DNA from: Psilocybe cubensis
Lineage: Eukaryota
Assembly (NCBI GenBank): GCA_017499595.2
Contig: CM038998.1
Location: 2,852,001 to 2,916,000 of the forward strand
Direction: 5' to 3'
Length of the DNA: 64,000 nucleotides
Position 1 is the first letter of the stretch; the number at the start of each line of letters is the position of its first letter. The position numbers and the translations under genes were made by a program. Positions 38,729-51,490 of the stretch are shown piece by piece. The notes under the pieces were generated by a model. It was not told where the DNA came from, did no database searches, and saw only the letters and a list, made by a program, of their open reading frames with translations.

Positions 38729-39981
38729 ATGGCAGAGAGACCACGAATGTCGCTTATAGAGGCACACTACCACCCATTTTTCTTCCTTTTGATGGCTCTG
38801 TGCGGAATAGCTGAGCTGGGCCTCACGTCCTTCCTGATAAATGCCGGAAATGAGAATGGAACATGGCCGCGTCCTAAGATTGGGCTCATCAGAAACCAGC
38901 ACCCTTACGTAATCAATGGGCTTGGCGCCAAGAGCGGCCAAAATCCAGCTCGAAAAAAAAATCAAAAGTTATGTTGACGGAAAATGGTTTCAGACAAAAA
39001 GTTTAAAAAAAAAAAATTCATAAATGTGCATATACAATCCTTACTACTAGCCTTTATGCCCACAATAATAGAATTACACCTCAGAGGTCAAATTGTAGTC
39101 TCTGGAAGTCCATAATGAGTCTGAGAGGTATTACTTAGGCGTGACTTATTGTCACGTGTGGTCACGTGTACCATTATATAAGCGGCCAAAAGAACATTGT
39201 CAAATTTTCGAAAATCTCCCAAACTCGAGAAAACACCATTTCTGACGTGTTAGACTAAAAAAAAAGGAAAAAAATTAAAATCTTTATAACTTCTTGAGAT
39301 CAAAATTTTTTTGAAAAAAAAAACCACAGATGTGTTCAAAGAAGCATAACCTACATATCTGTGGTTCAAAAATGTAGAATAGTGTGAGTGCAGAAGGGTT
39401 GAAAAGGTTCGGAGGTAAGCCAACTTTTGCTTACCTAAGGGGGTGCTGGTTCCTGATGAGCCCAATCTTAGATATCATTCGCTGTGAGTTTGTTTACTGG
39501 AATAGATGGTTAATCCATTGGTTTTTTTTCTGACGGCTTGTTGATTTAGGCTTATCATGTTCTGCTTTAATGCAGCTTGGACCACATTGTTCTCGACAAC
39601 ATATATCTTGTGGTACATGGATGGTGCGGGTCACTTTCTTGCCAACGTGGCCAGTTCCGTGATATGGCTCGTTGTCACATCTACATTATGGGTGCGAGAG
39701 TATTCACAGCAAATACTGTTGTAGCACACTAACTTGCAGCTTCGCGATAGGGAACAGCCGCTGGAATCATGCACAATACGCGCACCGGAAGCAACTGTAA
39801 GCGCGTTGCGACAATATCGAGATGTCGGCAGTCGTTGACAGTAGAGGCGTTGGGTTGGACAGAGTTTACGCTGTGCTTGTTGACATTGACGGTCACTTGC
39901 ATATGGGTGCATTCGAACAAATGGAGGAGACGACTCGCGATCACAGGAGATTCTGCTAGTGATTCACAGAGGCTGGTTTGA
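38729..39981 (+). pseudogene. MARVEL-like multi-pass membrane protein gene with exon 1 interrupted by a transposon (disrupted allele unless rescued by splicing)
   Basis: Removing the element and one TA copy restores ...NGTWPRP-RYHSL / LIMFCFNAAWTTLFS...TLW / GTAAGIM...CRQSLTVEALGWTEF. As sequenced, the frame stops at 38977 inside the insert. Confidence 0.8.
38877..39468. mobile_element. Non-autonomous DNA transposon (MITE), 592 bp, TA target-site duplication (Tc1/mariner-like)
   Basis: Left end AGATTGGGCTCATCAGAAACCAGCACCC vs reverse complement of the right end AGATTGGGCTCATCAGGAACCAGCACCC (28 bp, 1 mismatch). Flanked by TA at 38875-76 and 39469-70. AT-rich interior with no transposase ORF. 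Confidence 0.92.
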
Positions 39982-40321
39982 AGAAACCATTAGGATGCCT
40001 TTATTTATAAGTTGGGCGGCTATGTAGACAAATAAAATTGTGTCAAATCTGCAGGACATGGTGTTGTATGTATAGAAGGAACGCGTCCGAGACCGGACGA
40101 ATACACAGTCACGTGGACACCGGATCGGGCTTGGACGGCTTATCAGATAAAAATATGGTGGAGTTCCCAAGTATACCGAGTCCACTGCTCCCACATTCAC
40201 TGTCTTTACTGTCAACTGGGTGGATGTCATACAGCATGTACATCTTCTGTCATATATACGTCTTGGTGTCTAACTGGCTGCCCTATTTCTTGCTAGTTCG
40301 TCTCTCAATTCTTAGTCACAG

Positions 40322-42518
40322 ATGAGTAATTCAGACGAGGACTATCGCCGATCGACTTGCGACCATCTCTTAGAGGTCGCCCGCGAAGCAGACAATGACG
40401 ATGCAGATCCCGGTTCTCCGACAGACCCAGACGGTATTCTGGGACACATTGAAGATCATGAAGAACAGGATGTTATTGCCGTTTCCAGTTTAAGATCGCA
40501 ACAACGGAGAGCATTCTTCATCAGGACTGTCGCCCTCCTGTGTGCTTGCAGTCTAAGTGTTGGCAGCCATTAGTGCGCACCTTTTTTTGGCCTTTTCACT
40601 GTGACATCATGCTTAACTACTTTCTTAGCGCGACGAATATCCTCGGACCCCTCAAGAGTCGGCTGAAACGGGAGCTGGGAACATCCCATACTGAGTTTGG
40701 GCTACTCCTGTCGGCTTACAGTCTGAACAGTACTTGGACACCATTAGTAGGTGGTATACTTGCAAGCCGCTTAGGCACCACATATACTAGCATATTGGCC
40801 ACTGGTGTGATATTACTGGGTACGATCGTCTACCTTTTGGCCTGACCTCAAGGTCTCATTTTATTTCATAGGCCAAATATTCCTACTCTTCGGAGATATA
40901 TGGGCAGACATCCGATTAATGACACTGGGGCTCTTCATCTTCGGTCTTGGAGTCAGTCCATTAGCTGTTGTACAAGAAACCATCATTGTCCGCTTTTTCA
41001 AATCGCATGGATTAGGTATTTCGATGGCATTTGGACTCATAGCTGGCAAAGGGGCATCGTTTTTATCTGCACGAACGTCATATCCTTTAACGGAGCGCTT
41101 CGGTAGTCGGGCTCCCTTCTATGTATCCACTACGCTGGCCGCCATTTCTGTCGTCATCAATCTGGCTTACATTTCGCTGTCCAAATGGCTTATAGACGGT
41201 GCAGGGGCAGAATTAGAGGCCCCGGATATCAGTGAAGAAGCTAAACGTCGGTTGGCCACTAACCTTACAGAAGCCCAAGCTCTGGAAAAGGTTGCCGAGA
41301 AGAGAAAGGTTCATATTCGCCAAATCGCAAAGTTAGGGGACGTATTTTGGGTGTGAGTTTTGTTTCAATCGGTTATATTCGCCTTCGTTGACAATTCTTA
41401 TAGTTATATGGGATTAAACGTATTTTGCGGCATGATATGGTCACCTTTTACTCATCTTGCAGCGCAAGTTTGTTCATCTTCAGATTCTATGATTCCCTAA
41501 CCAAAGCCACTGCAGAAATATAATCGAAACTCGTTACCGCATATCTGAGGAAGAAGCAGCGAACAGTGCATCATATTTACTTGCCGGTCCTCTGATTTTA
41601 TATCCTCTGGTTTGTAAACTTCTCGTTTCAATGCAGTTCATCCATTCATTAATTCTATCCATTCATAGTGCGGCTACCTGGTAGATGCTCGGAAACACAC
41701 ACCAATCGTCATTCAGCTCCTTTTATTGTCGTCTTTATTGACGATGTTTGCATACTTTTGGTTTGCTTTGTCCCCCAATTGGACTAAAACACCAGTTCCG
41801 GGAATAATCTCATTCGCTATCGGACACGGATTTTCTCCATGTAGGCATTGAACATATACCGACGTCGCCCTTCATTAAATCTTTGCTTGACAGTGCTGCT
41901 TGTGGTGCTTGTACCAAAAATTGTACCATCCAAATATATATCTACTGCTTTGGGTGCCCACAAAAGTGTATGTACATTTCATTCTCTTGTTTCAACTATA
42001 ATACAACAAAATATGTGCAGATGGAACAAACCGGTTCAACTTTATTTCAAACGTTTGCTGGAATACTACTCGACTCTAAGAAGCAGGATGAGAACATCGG
42101 ATTGACGACGTTCCAATATTTGCTCGACACCTTTCTTTCTCTCAACGTGCTTGAATGCGGGACGATAGTGCTCCTTGCATATCTGCAATATCGAAAAAAT
42201 CAGAAAACAAAACAGTTTCGACTTCGACGACATTATTCCAGCCTATCCGTTGATTCCCGGTCACCGAATTTCCATAGAACACGCAGGCTTTCGGAGAGTT
42301 CGGATCTCGATACACCACTTACGCCAGAAAATGACGGTAGATATTCTTCGACCGACGCACTACTCTCCGACCGATGCAATATCACAAAAAATAAAAGCGA
42401 GATCCGCCGAGGGAAATTTATGGCTGTCATCTGCGCGTTATTGGTTGTTTCAGCTTGGGTTGCATTTATAATTACTGCCTGGTATAAACTCGGGCAGACG
42501 AAGGGAAGACTACATTGA
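40322..42518 (+). CDS. Major facilitator superfamily transporter (MFSD1-like)
   Basis: LCACSLSVGSH, EFGLLLSAYSLNSTWTPLVGGILASRLG, GLFIFGLG...VVQETIIVRFF...GISMAFG, and multiple TM segments. Confidence 0.88.
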
Positions 42519-42826
42519 CCTTTAGATACCATTCCCGCAGTGTTCATGAACCGATTACGACACGTTATGTATTTTTACGCTTGCCCAGTTCATACGATTC
42601 TACGACCACAAATAATCAATTTTTAAAATCTGGGACGAAGTTCATCGATCATCCTCGGAATTTGCCGGTGGTACTGCATAGTTGATTTCAGCCTCCAATT
42701 CCCAATTCGGACAGTCTTGAGAACATTATCCGCCGTCGGCGCCTCAACAACTTCAAGCAAAAGGTAACGTCCTCCAACGCTGTGTAAATAATTTATGAAT
42801 CTGAATTTTGTGTTTTCAGCCGCAAG

Positions 42827-43600
42827 ATGGGCGCATACAAATACATTGGGGAGCTCTACAAGAAGAAGCAGTCGGATGTCTTGCGTTTCCTCCTGCGAGT
42901 CCGGTAAGTCTACCTTGAAACTCTACAGCGACAGGCTCTCTTAAACAACATCATCAGATGCTGGGAGTACCGCCAATTGAACGTTATCCACCGCGCTTCC
43001 CGCCCCTCTCGCCCTGATAAGGCCCGCCGTCTCGGTTACAAGGCTAAGCAAGGATATGTTGTCTACCGTATCCGTGTGCGCCGCGGCAACCGCAAAAAGC
43101 CCGTCCCCAAGGGTGCGTACTAGGAAGAAGTGCAATTCATGCAGATGTTGACTTATGATGCTGTATAGGTGCTACCTATGGTAAACCCGTCCGCCAAGGT
43201 GTTAACCACCTCAAGTTCCAACGTGGTCTCAGGAGTACCGCTGAGGAGCGTGTTGGAAAGAGATGCGGAAATTTGCGAGTGCTCAACTCTTACTGGGTGA
43301 ACCAAGATGGTGTTTACAAGTACTACGAAGTTATTTTGGTCGACCCCAATCACAAGGCCGTGAGTTACGATGGTCCGTTCCACGTTCTGCATATACTCAT
43401 TTCTTTTTTCTTTGAAGATCCGCCGTGACCCCAGAATCAACTGGATCGTCGCCCCCGTCCACAAGCGCCGCGAGGCCCGTGGTCTCACCAGCATCGGCAA
43501 ACAGAACCGTGGTTTGGGCAAGGGTCACCGCTACAACCATACTCCCGCTCGCTCCACATGGAAAAAGCACAACACCCTCAGCCTCCGCCGCTATCGCTGA
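42827..43600 (+). CDS. RPL15: 60S ribosomal protein L15 (eL15)
   Basis: [26 protein letters not shown] / CWEYRQL...[11 protein letters not shown]...NSYWVNQDG...[11 protein letters not shown]...LSLRRYR*. 5'-UTR intron at about 42764-42819. Confidence 0.98.
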
Positions 43601-44143
43601 TTTGCTTTCCTTCCTCTTTTCTTCCTCTTATCACATACATGTTCACTGCTATGTGTTATATGCAGTTCCCTATCAAAATATGAATGTTGATGTACATTTA
43701 AGATGTCGAGCAGTATCTTCATTGTGTTAAGATCAGCTCCCATGCACCCTCGTGGCCTCAACTTAACCAATAAACATTGGTACGCTCGCACAAGTAAACT
43801 GTGGCAGGCGCAACAGTTGCAGTTGGTAGGATTAATCCTACCTTACAAATTTAAATGACATAGGGGCAGGCGCTGCGCTAAACATTTGAGGCTTTGTTAT
43901 TTGCTTGTTGTAAGTTGTACATACAGTTCTTGAGGAGCGTACATAGCTTAGCTCCGTATGTACAGTGGTATATAACATGAGTAAAGCACGTTCCGCCGCG
44001 CCATCAACTCTGCTTCATTACTTCTAGCCAAGAAACCACCAAGATGGCCGTAAATGTAATGATTGAATGCTCCGCCTTGCAATGCTAGGCCCCCGTCGTA
44101 TATAACCAACTTTGTTTGAATTATCCTCGTCTGTCGGTTGTTC

Positions 44144-46022
44144 ATGTTTTCTTCTCCACTGCCTCTTGGAGTTTTGTTTTTCCACCTTCTGGGTTCCTCT
44201 GTCCCTTCGAGCAATGCATTATCTGATTCCTGGAAGGAGCCTCTGCGGTCAGTTTCTAATGCTTTCTCGTCGACACGTCCCCCATCTCTGCACAAACGAG
44301 AAAATATAAACTACAACCCGGACGGAACTCCGTTCTTGTGGCTTCCTCAAGACGAATACTCCGGGAAAACCTTCTACGAGTATGTGCAGTGCAAAACCAA
44401 CAGTATCACGGTCTGGAAATATAGTGATCACCATCCGCAGTCGCTGGAAATTTTTTGACACTAAGGACCCAACGAAGTATGTGAATTTTACATTCTTTGT
44501 CTTACTTTAGGCACTCATTGTTCCAAGTGGTCATGTAAAGTAAGTTTTTCAAGTCGAAAGGGACTTCCAAATTATATACTCTCTGTAGTTACATCAATAG
44601 AACGGCTGCCTTTGAAAGTGGTTTGGTCTCCATACAAGATGATGGTACTGTAATCATGCGCGCAGATCATGACACATATCTGGAGAGGGGAGCCTTCCGC
44701 AATAGGTATTTATCTTTCTATATCGATCACACTATTCACTAATAGTAGAGCACTCTAGCATTCGTATCGAAAGTTTGACGACTTATACCACCGGCTTGTT
44801 CATTCTTGACCTGAACAGTGCACCTTGGGGATGCGGTCAGAATACTGTTCGTCAGATGATGTTGTCTCTTTTCTCAATTTCTATGTAGCCGTTTGGCCTG
44901 CGTTTTGGACGGTTGGAGCTGATAATTGGCCTTGGGTAAGACCGCAGTGGGTACGGTTTATTAAAAATACGCTTAAATGTATGTCACTTCCAGGACGGTG
45001 AAATTGACATTATAGAAGGCGTTCATGACAACGAACACAATCAAGTTGCTTGGCACACTGCACCAGGTGAATGACTCTGTGCTTGATTCTCTCGTTTTTC
45101 GAAGGCATAGATCTCAAACATAAACAGGTTGCACTCTAAATCCCAATGTAAACTTCACTGGTACCATTTCTGTAAGTCCTTGAAAAGGGGGCTTTCGATG
45201 GTTGTTCATTCTTTACTCCACGTCGTTAGTCTAGCAATGGCCACAGGCATACGGACTGCAACGCTTTTATTAACTACAATTCTGGCTGCGGCGTAACAGA
45301 ATGGAGTAGAGCATCCTATGGGCCTTATTTTGACATGCAAGGAGGCGGCGCTTTCGCGATGAAGTGGGATGAAAACGACATTTCTGTCTGTGAGTCAGAT
45401 AAATTAAAATCATTTTTCATTCTAAATGTTTGCATTCTGAAGGGTCATTTTATCGCGCTGCAATCCCAAGTGATATCATAGATGGGGCACCAAACCCTTC
45501 GAAATGGGGTTTACCTTCGGCTAGGCTTGATGCTTCGCACTGCGACCTAGGGAGGTATTTCGTGAATCATTCAATTGTCTTCGGTTAGTTTCCATTCTAT
45601 CTGTTTCACAGATAGTTGACTGTGTGTCTTCCTTCAACCCCCGTGTATAAGACATTACCTTCTGCGGTATAAACCTTCCTCTGCCTTATGTTTCGTCGTG
45701 TAGATCGCTTATTTGATTCAATAGGAGATTGGGCAGGGAATTCATATGCCACATCTGGATGCCCAGGTACCTGTGAAGAGAGATTGATGGATCCCAAGAA
45801 TTTCGAGGTATTACCGTTCTTATCTCTATATGATGATTTGTTGAAGTAATCATCCAGAATGCTTCATGGAGCATCAATTCTTTGAAAGTCTACAAGAAGA
45901 CCGTGCTTAGTGGTCATGATATTCAGGGGAATGCATCTTGTTCTCTTTTGCGGTACTCTTTTATGTCTCTTACAATGTCTTCATTGTTGATAGTACTGTT
46001 AACTGGTTTATTTATTTTGTAA
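44144..46022 (+). CDS. Glycoside hydrolase family 16 (fungal beta-glucanase/laminarinase-like), likely GPI-anchored
   Basis: Signal peptide, DPT.GHV.Y, GCAVWPAFWT, GEIDIIEG catalytic motif, GGGAFAM.W, DITFCGDWAG, hydrophobic C-terminus. Confidence 0.92.
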
Positions 46023-46110
46023 TAACACATCGTAGACGTATAAAATGAACGGGGTAACTGTAGCAATATGTACGGTGTTATCTAGAGTGGAAAATGCCAG
46101 GAATTACGGC

Positions 46111-47517
46111 TTATAATTTCATTTTCCACACCAAATTTTCAGGGTCACTTTCGTGGTACTGAGGCTCCCCGAAACTTGCCCTTAAAGGAGTTACACTTAC
46201 CCATCCTTGGTGCAACGCCCAACCATCAGAACCAACAGGAAGGGTGTCAAGCGAAGGAGTAATAAGCCCCCTCATTTCAGGTGCCCACTTGAACAACAAG
46301 TCACCAATTTCGTTCTTTGTGTTTGGCAACGAAGCCTGTGTTTCAGTATTAGTGTTTGTATCTGGTCCAGGTGTTTGAACTAAGCGGTCCACGGTTTCGA
46401 CTCCGGTTGGAGAAACGTTTTTGAACAACCGTCCATAAGAGTTACGCCACATTCGTGTCCAGCAAATCTTCAAGCCATCGGACGAGAGAATTTCTTCGAC
46501 CAAGGGGATATTGACGCTGTACAGATCCACTTCGCCTTGCCGCAAGCCGCAATCGTCCGCTCCCCAGTTGTGCCAAAGATATTTGATAATCCGACATCCA
46601 AGGTCATGAGCAGGTTCAAAGTACGTAGTGGGAGTCGGATGAACAACAGTTCCGTAGGAAAGGGCGATTGCACGTTTTTTTGACAATGAAGATGACATCG
46701 CAGCTCCAATTGTTCCTGAGGATAAAGCGAAGGCGGCTATATCATAACATCATGAAATCAATCGCATAATTCTGAGGGTAATGTACAAGGCCTCACAAGA
46801 AGTATTGCGACCTAGATTGGGGCCTGAAATCTGGTGATTCTCAAAATCAAGCGGTGTTTTGCTCTGAGAACAAGGAGAAAGTCGTACCACGAGGTCAATC
46901 TGATCCTTGAATAAATTGTGTAAGGCAACATTTGCACAGGTAGCAGGTGTCTTTGGGAGAAATTGTGTTAAGATTACGCTCATGACTCTAAAAGAGTTGA
47001 ACCGCATACACCATCTAGAAGAACCCATTCCGCCTGTAACCCCTATGATCAGTAGAGGTCATAACTGGTAAATGTGTGAATTTACCACTTCGCTGTCTTG
47101 CAGAGGTCTTGATTTAGCAGTAATTTCACCAGATCCATCCTTCCTAGGGTAAAAATAATTTCCTCTGGTCACTTCTTTGATATGATATGCTTTGCCTGGA
47201 TAGTAGGACAATAGTCAGTATTTTGTGCACGTCAATTGATAAAAGAAAACGAACCAATCCAGGATTTTTGCGAACTGGGAAGGACAACCTTTACATCCCA
47301 ACCTGAAAGGAAATAAATGGGAATCCCTCGTTTTCAATGCATAATTGCATACCAAGATGTTCTGTTAGGTGACGGTATAGACCCATGATATAGGGTGACT
47401 CTGTGGTATTGGGTGGGCCATCATCATTCTGTAAATTGGTGAGCTCCAGTTAAGTATATACAAAATACCTGTTGGAATCACCGTTAGAAGAACTCTAGGT
47501 TTGATAGTGGCAGACAT
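46111..47517 (-). CDS. SurE-like phosphatase/nucleotidase
   Basis: VLLT/NDDGP, VKVVLPSSQKSWIG, DG/TPATCANVAL, DLVISGPNLGRN...SSGTIGAA, SVNIP, GWVSVTPL. Confidence 0.9.
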
Positions 47518-47680
47518 CTGAAGGTTACCAGAGTCGAATTTGTGAATGATGGAGCAAACATCCGGATTGAGAAGAAGGAACTGGCCGCGAAACACGGGTG
47601 CAATAGACAAACTCTTTCCTCACCTCATCATTCTCTTCCACCGAGGTAGCTTCCCCAACGAAACGGTCATTGCAGGTTCA

Positions 47681-50600
47681 ATGTCGGTCTCGAATGAGCC
47701 TATAGACATTCCAGTTCTTCCACCTTTGGAGACATCCCCGTTCAACACTAACAACGATAATCTCCTTGTACCAGCAGACAAGGACTCCGCCAGCTTTCAA
47801 TCCCCCTCACTCTCTTTCGCCGAATCGTTTTCGACAGCCCTCTCATCACCCGGAGACGCCAGTGAAGAGGCCACCAAACTCCCTTTATCTTCACTGTCCC
47901 CTCTACAAAATCTCCGGAAATCTATATCTGTCGACTCATTTGTTCAGTATGGTCGCGAGGGGTCTCGAAATTATTCAAATCAGTCTCCCAAACATTTGAA
48001 AAACAGTCTATATGACACAGAAATGGGGACAGATAGTAACACTCATCCAGAAGTGGAACCTTGGTCTAGCCGACGCGAGAACTTGAGCTCTAGTTCTACC
48101 CCAGTAGATCATGATTCACCCTCCCCGCTGGATTTTGATGTTGATCGTTCTGACTCCATTACCGATGCTAATTCCTCAGAACGTTTTCGACGTATATCTT
48201 TAAAAACGCAAGAGCCGACTATACCCTTTATACGAGGGGGACATTTACCTCTTCCCTCGAGAGCCCGAAATAACAGTGCTTCAATGGCTTCCACGGTGAC
48301 AGCAATCAGGGAACGAGGGGTCGTTTCCTCAATGTCATCTCTTCAATCCCCTTCATTGAATAGCTCGACTTATGAATTCTTCCCTGCGGGTCGAACGCGC
48401 AGTGGAAGTTTGGGCTACAACCCCCCACAGTCCTCCAAGCGTGTCGTAGTCAGCCCTCATATCCCTTTGCCTTCACCTGTAAAGTTACCTTTTTTTTTTA
48501 CCACCTTTATATCCATTTGACGTCAATAGCAGAACACTGTATTGGAGTCTATACAAACTGTCGTCCTTGCTGTTATAGGGACCACTGGTTGCGGCAAATC
48601 AACAGTCATTCGCAAGGGCCTTTCGCAGTACAAATTATCAGAAACAACTACGTTGATGGAGTCTTCTCACCCTTCACGCCTACCTCGATGTGCGAAATCT
48701 CTTTCTGATTTTTTATACATTATTGATCCAGCTGTAGACAAACGCCGGAGTAGTTCACTCACAGTGGATTTGCCAGCTTCTCCAGTATCCCCAGTGACAT
48801 CTCAGCCTGCTATTATCGACTCTATTGAAGTTGAGATATCAAGCACAAGCAATGTCCCACTTCCTTGGCCAAAAGACCTACCCACCATTGACGGCCTCAT
48901 CATTTGTTACGACCGGTCCAATAAAAGTTCATTCGAACCTGTGGAAGCCCTTCTCAGTGAGTTTGCAGTTGTTTCATTCTGTCTGCGTATTTATCAGATT
49001 ATACAGAGAATTATAGGTCGACTAATTTACCAATCATGGTCTTGGGATGCAAATCCGATTTAAGCTCGGAAGTGGATTCTAATGATTCTTTGAGCATGTT
49101 GAAGAAATATGACACTGGCCTGATTGAGGTGTCCAATCAAAGTGATGATGGGAAGGAGAAAATGAGACAGTCCTTCTCATACATGCTCAAAGCCGTTGCT
49201 CGGCAGAGAGGTATCGTCTCCTTTGACCTCCTGTCGATTGTTATTAATACTGGTGTAGTACCAAAGAAACAGGATGATGCTAGAAATCCGGCGGCGCCTC
49301 CACCATTGCATCGCGTCGGGACACCATGGACAGATTTCGAACAAACGGCGCCGTCAAGCTCAACTTTGATACCCTCAACAAGTGAAACCCCTTCCAAGTC
49401 TGAAAATACTGATATACCCCCAAATACCAGCCCACCCATCCCCGCAGCTATTACGCAGTCACCAATTTGGTCACAGTCCAGCAATGATGATAATATAGAT
49501 TCCCAGCCGTCGGTGGGCACAGAATTATTACCAGCGGTTTCTTCTGAAGATACCCATACGGAGCCTGTGGAAAATTTACCATCTCATATTGACGAACCCG
49601 CGCCATCTATAGTTCAAAAAAAAACTGTCAAAGAGCCGTGAGTGCTGTCGGTCGATCTACCATAAAACCGCTCAAATCTTAAGCCGCTTCTAAGGCGTCC
49701 TGCCCAATGGGCAGATCTAGATGCACTGCTTGATAAGTTGCTATTTTTGGCCGTTAGTGGTGAAGGTTCGTATTGTATTGTCATTCTTTTTTTTTCTGTC
49801 AGCTGAATTTTTTAATAGAACCGAACTTTATCACCAACTTTCTCTTGACATTTCGGCGGTTCACTACACCCAGAACCGTCTTGCTTGCTATGCAAAAGAG
49901 AATGCGACAGCTTGATAATCCATCAGGGGACCCAATGTTTGCCTGTTTTGCTCAAATGCGGTACATTAAATTCTCGAATCAGTCATCCGCAGCGACATAC
50001 TAATTTCCTCTTCTTTCCTTTTTTTAGAATTTGCCACCTCTTAGAAACATGGATACATGATTTTGCGCATGATTTTTCCGTGCCAGGGACGTCTGGCGCC
50101 CTCAATGCCCTAATAAAATCCATAATTGCCAAAACTCACCTTCTACATTATGGGTCGGAATTTCTCCCCTTCTTGGAACAATTGCCTAGCCTTAAGGATC
50201 AAGATACCGCTTGGGCAAAAAAGGTTGAATTTATCGAGAATGAAAGTGATGAAAGTGAGGCCGAAGATGATGAGACTAGGGTTGGCGACACGGAGTCTGT
50301 AGAAATGGATTCAGATGTCTTGCCACCTTCTACTTCACCTCAAGCATCGTTTCCTGCTCGAGAGCGCAAATCCAGTACCCCTTTGCCAAAGACAATATCG
50401 ATACCGCCGCAACTCAACAGTTACCTACAGTCCAACCAGGACCAACCTCCAAAGCAGCAATTAAAGGAATTAGTCAAGCTTGCGCAGGAAGTTTTGAATA
50501 CTGATCCCTCTGAGATAGCTCAGGAAATCACTCGAATATGGGTCAAACTTTTTTTAAATATAAAGGTTCGGAATTTTAATATTTAATTTATATTTCTCTG

Positions 50601-51490
50601 ACTTTCCAAAAGCCTCGGGACTGGCTGCATTATACATTTGTATCGGGGAAAACAATTGGCGAACCCATCACTGCATTCAATACTGTATCAAATCATCTTG
50701 CAGACTGGTTAGTTTCAACAGTTTTCGTTCATAAATCTACTTCATCCAATAAACACAGGGTCGTGTCATTGATTCTTTGCCACGAACGACCAAGAAATCG
50801 TGCCCGACAGATTGAGAAGTTTGTCGAAATTGCCCAGAAACTCAGACAAATGAACAATTATTCAGCATTGCGTGCTTTTGTGGCTGGAATCAATAATGCC
50901 ACTGACGATCCCACTATGGAGCTTTTCAAGACTAAATCACCAGATGCGTCGAAAAATCTGAGGTCGTGGGATGTACTTTTACAGCAAGTACGCGCCCATC
51001 GCGCTTATCGACTGGCGTTACGAAATTCGAAAGGGGCTTGCATTCCAGCCTTGTGAGTATCTGACTACCTGTCTACCCATCTGTTCTCATCATCGTCCAG
51101 GGAGGTCCATATGACGGATCTTATCCGAGCGCACGAGGGAAATGGAGACTCAAACCCTGCATATCCTGACAAGATTCATTGGGGGAAGTTCAACATGATG
51201 GGTCGCTTTATCTCTAGCACCCTACAGTGCCAAGCTCAATGTCGAAACTCGCATGATTACGATTTCCCGGAACGCCCTGCCATTACACAACTGATTTTCA
51301 AAGCAAATGTTATGTCGATTGAGGTTTGCCTTATTGCTTTTGCTGTATTATTCAACGCCCCTCAAATTTATGTGCTCTCCATTAGATGCAAAAGTCAAGA
51401 TTAAAATCCCAAGAGTTTGATTATGATGATGCTGTTCCTCATAGTCAGCCTAAGGACGTCGCAGGTCTACGGAAGATATTCTTCTGGTGA
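47681..51490 (+). CDS. RasGEF (REM + CDC25 domains) with an internal Ras-like P-loop domain
   Basis: VLAVIGTTGCGKST, DGLIICYD...SF, MVLGCKSD. REM: LDALLDKL...FLLTFRRFTTPRTVL. CDC25: PSEIAQEIT, RARQIEKFVEIAQKLRQMNNYSALRAFVAG, YRLAL...CIP, KIHWGKF. Confidence 0.88.

Noticed and set aside
38729-38977. 82-aa stand-alone ORF
   Set aside because: It is exon 1 of the MARVEL-like gene reading into the MITE.
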